In this document: piece by piece, positions 1 through 13,579 of the stretch
How the letters are laid out: every line of letters starts with the position of its first letter
How positions within the stretch are numbered: position 1 is the stretch's first letter
Source of the DNA: Carcharhinus amblyrhynchos
Lineage: Eukaryota
Assembly: GCA_965287045.1 (NCBI GenBank)
Contig: OZ336900.1
Coordinates: 12,772,001 to 12,836,000 of the forward strand
Reading direction: 5' to 3'
Length of the DNA: 64,000 bases
Translations under genes and position numbers: made by a program
Notes under the pieces: generated by a model
Told to the model about the DNA's origin: nothing
What the model saw: the letters and a program-made list of their open reading frames with translations, nothing else
The model's database searches: none

Positions 1-116
1 AGCTGGTGGTGTGGCAGCACAATTTTCAGAGTTGTCCATTTTCTGACTCTCAACTCTGCCCTCATCGGCATCACTTGGGCCCCCCTTTCCGAGAAAGCTT
101 GGAGTCTCGCGTACGT
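1..116 (-). CDS. Candidate internal coding exon of an unidentified gene, truncated by the window edge
   Basis: Minus-strand acceptor ttttttattgctttgttag ends at 117. Five CpGs in 116 nt against a CpG-poor background. Phase-1 frame is open: (D)VRETPSFLGKGGPSDADEGRVESQKMDNSENCAATPPA. Phase-0 is also open; phase-2 stops after RTRDSKLSRKGGPK. Confidence 0.5.
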
Positions 117-700
117 CTAACAAAGCAATAAAAAATGCAACAACAAAAAATCTAACAGATCTGTGCCTGGTTTTACATAAATTTGAAAAAGAGAAACTGT
201 TGCAAACAAAATAAATAGCATTGCAGGGCAAAGGCTCCTGCTGGAGCGATAAACTAACATGAAAAGATTCAACAATGCATGCCAAGGAAAGTATGTTCAT
301 CTGATAGAAATTTAAAAAGAAAGGATGCCAGAAGCCAGGAGAGACATCGAGGAGAGATTTGAGGAGGTGATTGCTGCCACAGTTGTCATTCATGTCAGTT
401 GGAAGATGCCAAATTTGAAATAAAAATGGTGTCAGCTGAATAACAGAATCTGTTTACCATGTGTTTTCAGTCAAGAAACATTAAGGATGAAATTTCGGGC
501 AAATATAAAAAGTATTATAGACCAACTCCAGGGGATAAGACACACGGTTTTTATAAATTTGAAACAAAGCAACAGGAGCTACTTAAGGATTCTAACTACA
601 CCGAATGGCAGCTGTTAGGAAACAACGTGTACTTTCCTTGCCAATTTACCAATATGAAATGGTTTTAATTACAAATTAGCAATGAAGTGTTAGATCATAC

Positions 701-759
701 CTGACCTGGAACGCTTCTAAGGCCCAGAGATGAATATGTTTATTCTTCTCCACAACCAA
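701..759 (-). CDS. Possible small or alternative exon
   Basis: Acceptor ttgtccttatag, donor CAG|gtatga. Only phase 0 is open (LVVEKNKHIHLWALEAFQV); phase 1 gives VGCGEE*. Confidence 0.2.
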
Positions 760-1049
760 CTATAAGGACAATTATGAATGCAGTAAAGATGTTTTTACAT
801 CAATGAACTGTGACAGGCTACTGGTATAAGGGTCCCTTGCAGTTGACGGCACCAGTAAATATGAATCTACTGGTCTCCATTCTGGTGATTGCTGCCCTGA
901 TTGCCAAAGAAATATGAAGTGAAATTCTACACATCAGCTTGTCTGCTTGTGACATTGTTGTTTTTTGACCTGAGCATGGATGGCACACTGGAATTTATCT
1001 GTTCCCCACCCGCACATTGAGTTCTCTTAAGAGGGATCATACTGTTGTG

Positions 1050-1274
1050 ACTGTGTGGAGTTTGTACATTCTCCCGGTGTCTGCGTGGATTTCGGTTTCC
1101 TCTCAGTTCAAAGATGTGCGGGTTAGGTTGATTGACCATGCTAAATTGACCCTAGAGTCAGGGGTATTTGGAGAGTAAATATAAATGGGGTTTGGGGATG
1201 GGGCCTGGGTAGGATTGTTGTTGGTGCAGGCTTGATGAGCCAAGTGGCCTCCTTCTGCACTGTAGATTCTATGA
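1050..1274 (+). mobile_element. HE1-type V-SINE, 5'-truncated, CR1/HER1-type tail
   Basis: V-domain tgtgtggagtttgtacattctccc...aaagatgtgcgggttagg and tail ggcctccttctgcactgtagattctatga; matches other copies in the window. Confidence 0.85.
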
Positions 1275-2377
1275 TTGTTGATGTTCTTCTGTACTTTTTC
1301 TCTTCTGCAGATTGTTGGAGAAGGTTACTTCAGAAAAACACACTCTCAATGCAGTATTCACAATAATGAGTCTTCCTTATGTTAATAATCCTCCAGTGGT
1401 AAATGGGAGATCAGAGATATGAGGTACTGAACACCTGGAAGAGGTGTCATGGAGGACATTCTGGTGTCACTTTCACATAGCTTGAGGCAAGTAAAGAACA
1501 CCTTTTACTTCAGAGGTGTTCATTCACTTTCAGCATTGTGATGACTGGTGGCAACAAGTGCCAGTGAAAGATTGTGCAGTGTTTTGCAAATAAATTATCA
1601 GTATTCCATGTCCTAAAACATCTTTTGTAAGAAGCAAATTGTTCAGAAGAACAAAAAAAAAATCTCAGCTACGTAGCATAGGGCATTAGTTATATACATC
1701 AAATTCAGATATTCCATAGTGAGATCAGCACATTTTAAATCGGTTCAAATTAGTTCACAAGTTGCTCAGCCTTGATCAATGTCGAAAGAAAAATTGGCCC
1801 TATGTTCTCCTCAGGTTCATGCAAGACATTTTTTCTCTTAGGTTCCACCAATTGGCACCAGCTTGTGCTCCTGCTCTTGTTCCTCCAGCATTCATGTACA
1901 TCTGGCTCCTTTCCTCTCCCAATTTCTGCACAATGCCCAAGAGAGCACATCCATCTAATGCCCTTCCCACCAACCTCTTCAGAATTCCTTCTCCCCAAAA
2001 GCTGTGTGCCTGGCTTCTTCCATTTCCCAAGTTAAATAACTGGACTTTCCCCTTTCCCTTTGCACTGTTTTCTTAACTCCATCTTTTTTCCTTGCAGCTC
2101 ACTCAGAACCAGTCAGAGCACAAACTCAATGGGAGCAATTTTAACTTAAAATTGCTGACAGGAATACAATGGAGCCAATGGAGTATATTATTGAGAATGG
2201 TGTAACACCAGTGTTCCACCAAATTGCCTGGGTTTTCTAAGTGAGCTTGGTTAAGATTAGCCCAATTGTTCTTTGGCTATGAGCTTAGATGCGATCTTAA
2301 ACATCACCAATTCCAGCTACGCAACTTATGTCACGTGTTTATCACCTACACTTATATGTTTTTTGATATTTTGTTAC

Positions 2378-2427
2378 CTTCAGACTGAATGTCTCCAGCG
2401 CTTTGTTCCTGAGCCGCAATTTTAAAA
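2378..2427 (-). CDS. Candidate 50-nt coding exon
   Basis: Acceptor gattttag, donor AAG|gtaaca. Phase 2->1 reads FKIAAQEQSAGDIQSE, phase-compatible with 8612-8669 and 1-116. Confidence 0.3.
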
Positions 2428-2459
2428 CTAAAATCAATTTACCCAAAAGCTGCACAAAC

Positions 2460-2800
2460 AACATCCTGTCCCAGTCATCTATCATTTCATTTTCAACTAT
2501 TTCACTGTTTTCTCATCCCCAAATACAATAAATTCAACATCCTTGTCCTCATTTACAAATTCTTCCAGTATCTCGCACCACCCTACCTCTGCAATTTCCT
2601 CTAAACTACATTACAGCCCATGTTTTTTGATCTTCTGATTGTGGCCTTTTGTGTATCTCACAATCTCTCACTCCATCATCTATGGCAGAACCTTCAGCCA
2701 TCTCAGCTCTACTGTCTATAATTTGTTGTTTGCATCCCCTCTTTATGCCTCCTTAAATACTATGCCACCTCCCTTAAGTCCTTCCACAATAGCTTTGTGT
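2460..2800 (+). mobile_element. Decayed L2 LINE 3' fragment
   Basis: aaattcaacatccttgtcctcatttacaaattc...ctcgcaccaccctacctctgcaat reads like the L2 ORF2 C-terminal KFKILVLIYK..LAPPYL; ggcagaaccttcagc follows. Confidence 0.6.
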
Positions 2801-4875
2801 ACATTTCTTCTCTGTGAAACATAGCAACTATAAAGTAGTAAATACTGCAAAGTGGAAAGGCTTCGTCTAATGATGAGATAAAGGACTCTGTCCTCATCTA
2901 CAAAAATGGGAAAGTAAAACTCAACCAGATTGGTGCTTTCATTTTTCCTAACACAATTTGTTATTTTAATATACTTTAAATTAGGCAATGCATATGCCTG
3001 GTTCTGCATGTTTAATTGTAGGTAATCTGCTACTGTCTGTACAGTGATCACAATTCTTGTGATTTAATGTCCAATAAAGCACCCTCTCTCAAATCTTTAC
3101 TCAAAGCATGCCGCTGAGATGCTGAGTTGCACATTTGCAAGTTTGGGTAATTGTTCTTTTTCAGGAATGAATCAGCAAAAAAAACAACTTGAGACCCTCT
3201 TAGGGAGCCTGATATTGTAAGACTATGATTAAGCATAATATGAGATTGTTCAAATTAGGTTGAAGATTAAGTACAAGTGAGGATCTTTTGATAGCAAAGC
3301 TAATCAGATATGTGCTTACTGTTTAATGAAAGTACTTTTTTTCCTAGTCAGAGGCTGCATGTAGAAAATAAAAGCAACAAGACATCAGATTAGTTTTAGC
3401 TATCTCTGTGAAGGACTATTAAAGTGAAAGATTACTGCATTCTGCAACATGCTCTCGACTTTGTAAATTCCATGAAATGAGGAATGGTTATTGATAGCAT
3501 GTGCAATTCTGGGAATTTCCCTTCTGAAATAAAATACATAAAAAGGAAATTTAATTCTTAAGGAAATAAAGTGATAGGAAGCAGGAGATCACACTGAGGA
3601 GCTAATTTAAGTGGCAATGAAATTAATTTTGCTGACATTTATTCAATCTGGGAGAAAGTGGGACAAGGCCTACAGTCGCTCTGTTACCTTGAGATAAGAG
3701 AACAGTAATTTAAGTTGTAGAAGTGGATCCAATCACAGATTTAATCCTAGCTGTGGTACATGGCCCCATGTGACCCATCACAGGGGATTTCATACGTAAC
3801 TGACAAATATTAGTGACAACCTGGATTTTAGATAATAGTCTTTGTTTTAGGAAACAGCAAAGGAAAATATTAGATATAGACAAAATCATTTACAATGGGC
3901 ACATCATTATCAGTGTATAAATTGTTTGGCTCTATCTCATAGCTTTATAGATAAGTCTGGTTTGTAACAAGAAAATCTACACCCTCAGTGAAAGAGATGC
4001 TAGGCTTGTTTTGGCATGTAATGAGTTTTGTCGGGAGTGCCTTTAGTTTTATAGCCAATGTAACATTTAATAATTACTGTATAAAAGGTTCAAAAACTTT
4101 TAAATGCTGATTGCTATGTTTATTTGTATATGTTAATAGAGAGAGATGTATATATAAGTTTGTGTGTTATGTTAATAGCTACATAAATTATTATAGACAA
4201 GTATGGTGCCACATTATGCTCTCGTGGTAACCATTTTCGGTACCTAAGTTAATTAATTTTCACCTAAGCATCTTTCACACACAGGATGATGCTCTCATGC
4301 ATGGAGGACATGGTGGTAAGGCAGCAAAGCTCAGGACACAGGTTTACTCCAGAGATTCATCACATGCTAAACCCTGAACTAAAACTGCGATAAAGGAGGG
4401 CATGTCAAGAAGTCGTCTGGTGTTCCTCCAAACATTAGGAGGCAAAATAAAAGCAGTGGTCACCCATGGTATCCATCTGGCATAGCTCAAAGATGATAAC
4501 CGAAGCCGGGGAGCATATGGGATAAACTAGATCCATAGAAAGACTTGAAAAGAGCAACACATTGCAATTAATCCCCAAAGATTTTATACCTTAAGAGAAG
4601 TACATTGGCCCTCATTTCCTGTGCCTCTCACTCAAATTCCTACATCATGTTAAAAACAATTAACAAATGTACTATTTGGCAAAGGCCTCCAATGTCTCAG
4701 TGACCTTACAAATCAAAGCTTAAAAAATAAGCTAAGGTTATGACCTGCAGCTTGAATAACAATTAAACTATGACCTCCCCTGCTGTTCACTCAATGACAA
4801 TTAAACTAAAATGGCACAGTTTCAAATTAACAGCAAGTATAAGCTACATTATACAGGATAACATGATCCTTAATT

Positions 4876-5411
4876 TAAGAGCATAAGAAATAGGAACAGG
4901 AGTAGGCTATATGGCCCCTCATGCCTGCTCTGTCATTCCATACAATCGTATCTGATGTTCTGCCTCAACTCCATTTTCCTGCCTGCTCTCCTTTCACCTT
5001 GAATCCAGAAGAGATCAAAAATCTATCCCAGCTTTGAATATACTCAAGGATGGAGCACCTACATTCCTCTGGGGTAGAGAATTCCAATGATTCACAACAA
5101 GAGGTTTCTCTTCATCTCAGTCCTAAATAATCGACCCTTTATCCTGAGATTATTCCTTCCGTGTTCTAGATTCCCTGGTCAGGGAGAATGATCTCTCAGT
5201 ATCTACCCTGTCAAACCTCTTCAGAATCTTGTAGATTTCAATGAGATAGCCTCTTATTCTTATAAATTTCAGACAGTATATGCTCAATGTACCCAACCTC
5301 TCAATTTAGGAAAACTCTTTTATCCCAGGCTTTGCTGCATCGCCTTCAAGACAAAGATCCTATTTCAGATTTAGAGACAACAGTACTCCAGGTATGGCCT
5401 CATCAAAGCCC
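4876..5411 (-). mobile_element. CR1 (HER1-like) LINE 3' fragment
   Basis: Reverse 3' terminus cataagaaataggaacaggagtaggc, then ggtagagaattccaa..ttcac and tactccaggtatggcct; homologous to 13580-14115 and 41545-42040. Confidence 0.85.
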
Positions 5412-6660
5412 GACACAATTGTAGCAGAACTTCCTTTTTACAGTTTAGTACTATTCAACAGTGTAGAACGTACATTCATATGTCCAAAACCACATGTGAA
5501 CTTCGGTGTGCTCTTCCCACTTTGTTCTCATTCACCCTTATTTGCTCCATCCCAAATGTCAACCCCATGCACCTGTAATTGCTCCCAGCACCTGTAGCCC
5601 TCTCACTCCAGTTTCTCTCCTCCCTCATGCGTATTACACCAGCTCATACAGAGCCTGTTCCTTTTGTCGCAAATACCAATGTCTTGTTTCACATTAAAGT
5701 GAATAAAAAGAATTAAAACATATCCAATAGCTGCCCACTTATATGCACGAGACTACAAATCGAAGCATGCATTGTACAAACTGCCATCATTTGTGAGTTT
5801 TCCAACACCTGAACATGCAGAGAGCTGAATTCAGGCATAGACCCTGAATTTTTGTGCTAGAATCTTCACTGACCTTTCGCCACTTTGGATGCTTAGATTC
5901 CTGTTCTATTCCTGGAAAATAGGCACAGTACTTACATCAAACCCCAAACACTGCATTTTTGCAAGTTGCTCTTTAAAAATAATGGTAGGTCTGATTCCAG
6001 GATTCCCAGTTATGTGGTGTGCCATTTAGGGATGTGGGCTATTTCAGGTTGTGAGCCCAGCACACCCGGCCAGCTTCATTGTGGAGATAGGCACACCCTA
6101 ATCATCACAATTTTCATGGAGTCAAGCCAGCTTTTCAAAAGTCATCGTTTAGGGCACTTCAGAGATGTCATGAACCATAATTTGCATGAGGGAGCTTTTT
6201 GAAAGGCAAGTTCAAAAGATCATCTTCATGCCATCCATGTCAACAAATGCCCCCCCCGCCTCATTTACCTCCTCCCTTTTGTCCCCTCATGTACCCCATG
6301 CCAAGCTATGACATTTTCATGTCCATTCACCACTATACACTGTAAAGACCCAATAGGGTGCATATAAAATAGCTTTAAAAAATTAATTCCCACTTTGTTA
6401 AAGTTTTTACTGTCCATTTTTCTTTCACCAGTCGTTGTTCTGAGGGTTCATTATGAACAATATAACTCCAGTGATTTATATTTTCTGCTGTCTGAACTGC
6501 CTGTACCATAGACAGAGCAGCCAATCTTCTGATATTATCTATCATGCCATCTTGGCTCTTCCTTGTGCATTTTTCTCGGAGTGTTTGGCCTTGCACTACC
6601 TCTTTTCCCAAACACTGGCTTCCTGTTCGCTGCACACGTCCAAAATATGTCATATGTTAT

Positions 6661-7734
6661 GCCTTCAATACCATTATTCCTACGAAGCTCATCTCCAAAC
6701 TCTGTGGCCTGGGTCTTGGTTCCTCCCTCTGCGACTGGACCCTGAACTTCCTAACATACAGACCACAATCAGTGAGGATAGGCAACAACACCTCCTCCAC
6801 GATCATCCTCAACACTGGTGCCTCACAAGGCTGTGTTCTCAGCCCACTGCTATATTCCTTATACACCTATGACTGTGTGGCCAAATTCCCCTCCAATTCA
6901 ATTTTCAAGTTTACTGATGACCCCACCATACTGGAACAGATCTCAAACAATGATAAGGCAGAGAATAGGAATGAGATAGAGAATCTGGTGAACTGATACA
7001 GTGACAATAATCTCTCCCGCACTATCAACAAAACGAAGGAGATTGTCATTGACTTCAGGAAGTGTAAAGGAGAACATGACCCTGACTACATCAACGGGGA
7101 TGAAGTAGGAAGGGTCGAGAGCTTCAAGTTTTTAGGTGTCCAGATCATCAGCAACCTGTCCTGGTTTTCACTATAGTTAAGAAAGCCCACCAATGCCTCT
7201 ACTTTCTCGGAAGACGAAGGAAATTTTGCATGTCAGCTACATGACTCTCACCAACTTTTATTGATGCACCACAGAAAGCATTCTTCCTGGTTGTATCACA
7301 GCTTGGTATGGCTCCTTTTTTTCCCAAGACAGCAAGAAACTACAAAAGACCGTGACTGTAGCCCAATCCATCATGCAAACCAGCCTTCTATCCATTGACT
7401 CTGTCTACACTTCCCACTGCCTTGACAAAGCAGCCAGCATAATTAAGGACCCCACACACCCCAGACATTCTCTCTTCCACCTTCTTCAGTCAGGAAAAAG
7501 ATACAAAAGTCTGAGAGCACATGACAACTGACTCAAGAACAGCTTCTTCCCTGTTGCCATCGGACTTTTGAATGGACCTACCTTTTTTTAATTTGATCTT
7601 TCTCTACAGCCTAGCTATGACTGTAACACTACGTTTTGCACTCTCTCATTTCCTTCTCTATGAACGGTATCACATGCAAGAAACAATACTTTTCAATGTA
7701 TGCTAATACATGTGACAATAATAAATCAAATCAA
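6661..7734 (+). mobile_element. Rex1/Babar LINE, 5'-truncated, decayed RT plus 3' UTR
   Basis: ORF 6544-6996: AFNTIIP..KL..LGL...[16 protein letters not shown]...[19 protein letters not shown]...KFTDD. Ends tgtgacaataataaatcaaatcaa. Confidence 0.9.
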
Positions 7735-7740
7735 TGTTAT

Positions 7741-8087
7741 GGGGAGGTGGTGACCTAGTAGTATTATCGCTAGGCAATTAATTCAGAAGCTCAGCTAATG
7801 CTCTGGGGAAACAGGTTTGAATCTCACCATGGCAGATGGTGGAATCTGAATTCAATAAAAATCTGGAATTAAGAATCTACTGATGACCATGAAACCGTTG
7901 TCAATTGTCGATTCACTAATATCCTTTAGGGATGGAAATTTGCCATCCTTATCTGGTCTGGCCTACATGTGGCTCCAGAGCCACAGTACTGTGGTTGACT
8001 CTCAACTGCTGTCAGGCAACTAGGGATGGGCAATAAATGCTGGCCAGACAGCGACACCCTGGTCCCACTAATGAATTTAAAAAAAAG
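7741..8087 (+). mobile_element. tRNA-headed SINE sharing both ends with the CR1-group LINE at 22017 and 46940
   Basis: A-box-like tgacctagtag, B-box-like ggtttgaatct, body ctggtctggcctacatgtg, tail ggcaactagggatgggcaataaatgctggccag and poly-A. Confidence 0.8.
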
Positions 8088-8611
8088 CCTCCTTGATATC
8101 ACTACATCAAACAAGCTCCTCCTTTTTTAAGAACCCACACATTTGTTTGTCTGGCCATCCATAACACACACAACATTCATTTGAGTCTTTTCATTTCAGA
8201 TGCTCTTATCCAAACCTAAGCAGTCTTCTTGACAGTACAGCATTCACAGCCATGCATTATCATTGGCCACACAAGGACTCTTAGAAGATCAACTTTCATT
8301 GGAAAGCAGATGCTGAGGCTACTCCATACTCTGGAGTGATTTTACTGCACCGTGACCCTTGCAAATCTCTTTGGTAGCATCTGTACTTGGTTTATTGAGT
8401 GACCCAAGCCACGGGAAGACATCAACCTGTTGAAGCTGAAATCAATGAAACAGGATTTTGCTGTTTTTTCCACTCATCTCTATCATCTTTGTCTTTTTGA
8501 CATTGATCAGGAGACTAAATTAACTTGATCAGGATGATCAACTCATGTAACTCTGCCGCTTAAATATTGAGCAGAATAATGTTATCAGTATGTCAATGAG
8601 TCAAAACTTAC

Positions 8612-8669
8612 CTTTCATCAATTGGTATTGCACCTTCGTATCCACCAATTGCCTCTCTCATAAACATTT
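8612..8669 (-). CDS. Candidate 58-nt coding exon
   Basis: Acceptor ttcaacatcctttcag, consensus donor AAG|gtaagt. Single open frame (phase 1->2): (E)MFMREAIGGYEGAIPIDE(S). Confidence 0.4.
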
Positions 8670-10929
8670 CTGAAAGGATGTTGAATAAATTCATGCAAAT
8701 AAATTCATTTTGCTACAGCTCAACAGAAGTCTCAATCATCCAGACCCTTTAAAATATCAACAACAGAAAGTGCAAGCACTTGAAACCTCTTGATCTTGTG
8801 CAATTGGCAGCATAGCTCAGAGAGCCAGAGCTGTCAATAAGCAATGCTTTCCCTGGGGCTCATCCATTTCAATGGATGCCTGGGGTCTCAGTCAGGCCTC
8901 TTATGCACTATTTTAATAGGGCATAGATGGAGCATGATGAGTGTGTGAGAGATAAGGGCAGGAGAACTTTTCTGTTTTTATTATAATTGAGGCAAAGTTC
9001 CACAGTACTGAGGTAGGCCTTTTACACAGCTTGCCCCTGAAACGAGCAGTCCCTGAAGATGCCTCTGGAATTATTCCCAGATTGACTGGTTTGACTGCAG
9101 CGTGAATCTGCACCCCCAGAATAAAAATCACATCTTTCCTCTCACTTTCTCTGAGGTAGGCGGGCCGAGGAGGGAACTTTCTTGACTCCTGCTACTTAGC
9201 AAAAACTATCCACAAGATGGATACAGGTAAAGAGAGAGTTTTAATTTTCAAAATTAATTTCCTCTTCTCCTGATTCCAAAAATGTTAACTTCCATGAAGT
9301 CGCAACTAGCAACAGAATCCTCAGTGACAATGAAAATATAGCATGACTTCTGCTTTAATTCAGACAAGTTGCAGAAAGAATGGATTTAATAGTTGTTTAA
9401 AGAAAACAAACTGCTTCTGACTCGCTCACATCTATGCAGTCCAATTGTTCATTGGTTTATTTGATTCATTGACTTCAGTGCAGATCAAGATCTGGCATGG
9501 GTATGGCTGAGAATAATAATATTGGTAAAGAAAGGAAACAATAGTGATAAGAGTACAAAATTCAGATGAATCGACAAATCTAGAACAGGCCCAATTCTTC
9601 AATGAGTAAATATATTTTGCAGCATGCCAGTGAAATAAACACAGCAGCAAGATGCCAAATGTGTTCCCTGGTCTTTACTAAGTTATCTAATCTCAATCCA
9701 GTCAACGTGGAAGATTTACAGCTGGCTCTCAACTTTGGACTATGGAAGGGAAAAAACAAAGTTACACAAAGTTCCATTTCTGATCACAGCAGTGAATCCT
9801 ATTAGGCCATATATGTGAGATTTCACTCCACAGTTTATCAGCCCGCTGACATCCAGGATCACACAAGAAAATGGCAGTTGGGTGATTACCACAGCACCCA
9901 TGGAACGTTATCCCAGCTGGATGTGAGGAGTGGCTAAGAGAATAAATGACAAACACTCGGCTTTGAGACTTGATAGTCAAAGCTCCACATGCTGAATCTA
10001 ACCATAACATCATGAACACATTACTCAATTCTGTTTTCAATACAACTGATATTTGCAACATCCTTTTCCAGTTACAAATATGTAGCAATATTTAAGCCAA
10101 AATAATGTTTGAACATTGTCCATCTCCTTTTCCAAGGCTCCTTTCCCAAAAGATTTTTTGTGACCCTGTCTAACTTTGTTTTGGCCTTCTTTAACAACTC
10201 AAGCTCAAATGCACCATGAGGAACCAATATAGGCTTACAAAAATTTTAATCCCCAAACAAGTATGGCGAAGCCATGTAAGGTATGAAGTGAAATATGTCA
10301 TACACTTTAAAGCATAGAATTGTACTCCATTTGTGATGATTAAAAACAACTCAGTAATGGTTCAACACTATTGAATAATGATCCATTCTGAGCTCTTTCA
10401 TCACACTGAGTTCAGCATGCAGCCATTATGAGAGTTTATTGTTAGATGTATTTCAACATTTCATCCAAAAATCATGACTGCAAACACTCTTGCTTGGGGG
10501 TAATAAAATGGTCATGTTGGTGTAATCCCTTATATTTTGTAATAATAATCTAAAAGGATAATCACCCACAATTGCTATTAATCTCACACTAGTGCCAAGG
10601 CTAATGGTAGTTCTAAAATTCAGCTTTAATAATGCTTTGGAAAATGCATTAATTGTACTAATTTATCAGCTGTAAATCTGCATCTGCTACGTAAAATTTT
10701 CCAACTCGATCTCATCGCATTATGAGTGGATAAATTCAACATCACAGAAGAACATCCCTGTTCTAAAGAGGGCAGAGGAGCCAATTAATTTTTTTTTGTT
10801 AAATTGCATACTAACGACGGGTAGTATGAATGTTCTAAATACAAAGAAAAGGATTTGCTTAATTCAGCTCTCGCAATTCAAATCAAGCAATAGAAGACAT
10901 TGTCAGGACAGCCAGACAGCTAACAATGG

Positions 10930-11515
10930 AACCAAGGTACTACCTTTTAGATGTGATGTTAAACTGAGATCTCAGTCACCCATTATCTTTCAAAGATTAG
11001 AGGAGCTCTTCCAGTGTCCTGGCCTGTAATTAAATCTCAAACAACATCATAGAATCCTACAGTGCAGACAGAGGCCATTCGGCCCTTTGAGTCTGCATCA
11101 ACCACAATTCCACCCAGGCCTTATCCCCATAACCCCATGTATTTATCCTGCTAGTCCCCCTGACACTATGGGGCAATTTAGCACGGCCAATCACTCTAAC
11201 CTGCACATCTTTGGAATGTGGGAGGAAACCAGAACACCTGGAGGAAACCCATGAAGACACGGGAGAATGTGCAGACTCCACACAGTCAGTGACCCACGCT
11301 GGGAATCGAACCCGGGTCCCTGGTGCTGTGAGATGATCTAGCCATTTATTTAATTTTGTTTTTAGAAGTTTGCTATACATGAATTCGTACTGATTGTGTG
11401 CTCCCTATATTAAAACAATAACTGCACTGCAACAATACATACTCACCCATGAAGTGCTCTGAGACATCCTTAGATTGTCAAAGGTACAACAAAATACCAA
11501 GTTACTTCATTTCTT
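10930..11515 (+). mobile_element. Old Deu-domain SINE (SacSINE1-like), split by a HE1 insertion
   Basis: ccttttagatgtgatgttaaactgag...gtgtcctggcc..ctcaaacaacatca before 11048. Resumes after 11331 to aagtgctctgagacatcct..aaaggt. Homologous to the reverse copy at 29876-30200. Confidence 0.65.
11048..11331 (-). mobile_element. HE1-type V-SINE
   Basis: catagaatcctacagtgcagacagaggccattcggccc...gggaatcgaacccgggtccctgg: reverse tail, V-domain and B box. Confidence 0.9.
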
Positions 11516-12758
11516 TCTACATATGACGTACTCCTTTATTGATATTTATAGTAGAATGGCTGAAATCGGGAGGTCCTTGTGTTCAGAATCATGGGCATTA
11601 AGTAGTAACTGGGCATCACTGAGGTGCAACATGTCCCTACAATTATAGAATGTGACCACATAATCCACAAAGAAACGAGCCATTTGATCTGCCTACACTG
11701 ATGTTTCTTGCCATAGCAATGATAACGTTTGTAAATGTTTTTTATCACCTGCTCCAAATAATGCCAATAGGAGATGGTGCCTGCACGTTTACCAGCTTTT
11801 CTGCTTAGTTCACAGCACGTTTGTCATCTTCAGCTCTGTGCATGCTCATGCAAATGGCTGGCTGCAACAGAAGCACATTTTCATCAATGCGGCAAGGGAA
11901 AGTGGAACAACGTGGCAAAGAATCTATCAGCTTCTCACAGATGGATCCCCGTTCATTACTCGCATCTCATGCAAGCCGTCAGTAAAAGTATCCCTATCTA
12001 ATCAGCATGGGGTGGTGGTCGGGGGTCAGGGAGGGCTACGTGTAAAAGCACATGCCCAAAGGGCCGAGATCTTTGACTACTTTTAGTGCGTTTCTCATTA
12101 AACAAATCTGAAAACGACACCAGTGATGTGGGTGAACTGCAAAGCTTATTTTATTTGTCAAAAAGACTTTATAACTTTGCCACAAATGAGTTATGAGGTC
12201 TTTCAAACTTGCAAAAGAGCTCCTGTAATGCTCGGCTATCAGCATGACATTCTGTATTTAACAATCAGCATGAATCATTTTTGTTCACCAAACTCTTTAT
12301 CTGTATTTACTTTTGAGGCAACTTGGCATATTATCTTGTTAATTGATGCTCTGCATTTGACAATAATAATTTTACTCTATCTGTCATCTTCACATTTATA
12401 AAGTCATTCCAAAATATATCCACTTCTGTACTCCATGCACAAACCGCTTGCCAAAGCCAAAAAAAAATCCCAGGGCTTGACAGAAATGCAAACAAACCAC
12501 AAAAATGTTGTCCAAAGTGGAATGGTAACAAATAAATCATGTCTGATTGTGGGGCCCAGTACTGGAAATGCAAATAGCTGATGAGCTTTGATACACTGAA
12601 ACTTTTGAGATCTTTTCCACAGGAAGATCTGCAAATAGTGCCCCAAAATAAATACATGTTATAATTGCATGGATGAAAGGAGTATTAGCCTATGTGAGGC
12701 AAATATAAAGCCTGAGCTTTCAGCACACAGCAGACAGCCATTGTCACACTGAATAAAG

Positions 12759-13500
12759 TGTTATGTCTTCTGGTTTTCATGACTGAAGAAATAATCACAA
12801 TTCAGACTCAAAATACTGGAACTTCATCGAGTCTATTTCTTCCTACTCTCCATCAGGTTGGTAGACCAATAGATAGGTACGCCACCACTAAGCACACAAT
12901 CGCAGTAAAGCAGCAGTTGTTGCAGACATCAGCAGACTAACTATTATTCACAACCCTCCACGGACAACATAGCAAAAAAGCGTCCTTCTTTCTTTGAAAA
13001 AAAATGTTTCTATATCAATATCAGTGTTCCAACCAATAGCTCTTTTTCCCTCCCCAAAAATCGGTTAACAACTGACTTTTTGAACTCCTTCAGGGTATTT
13101 TATAGTTTTATTTTTGAGAAAAAACATTATTCATGGTATCACTTGGGTGGTAGGATGTTGTGCCTCCATCTCGTGGATTTGGCTTTGATCGCTCAAATAG
13201 CGAGTTGGCATTCTGCAAAGGCATTGATGTGCATGTTGCTTCTGGTCATGTCTGAGTCATGCTTGATGTTGCTAATATTGCATCACTTGCTGATGATGTT
13301 ATTGCCATTGCATTGCTTGTTGGAGATGCTGTCGATGTTGGCTCAATAGTTATGATATTATCGATGATCCTCTCGGCTTTTTCAACTCAGTTGTTGGTCA
13401 AAGATGGACTCTGTTCCTTCTCATTTACTTACTGGTTTCAGTCTCAGAGATGAGAGACCTTGGTATCTCAGTTCACCATTCACCAACATTTGCTGGATTT
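12759..13500 (-). mobile_element. Gypsy-like LTR retrotransposon 3' end: pol tail, PPT and LTR (~12759-12969)
   Basis: Minus strand gives an S/T-rich stretch, then KSTRWRHNILPPK*YHE*, like Gypsy integrase tails. Purine tract aaagaaagaagga follows. Segment bounded by tgttatgtc...gacaaca. Confidence 0.55.
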
Positions 13501-13579
13501 TCCCTCCCTGAGCTTAGAAGAAAAACTCCTAACATTCTCTACACCATCTACTCTTTTATCAATGACTTGTGAGGTTAAC

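Noticed and set aside
1294-1496. Strong plus-strand acceptor ctttttctcttctgcag at 1310
   Set aside because: No recognisable peptide, no convincing donor, and no partner plus-strand exons.
2885-2915. MIR/CORE-SINE-like cctcatctacaaaaatggg
   Set aside because: Match too short to support.
7741-7830. tRNA gene
   Set aside because: The A/B boxes belong to SINE heads; no cloverleaf could be built.
11441-11450. Consensus minus-strand donor gtgagt
   Set aside because: Lies within a decayed SINE tail with no matching exon.
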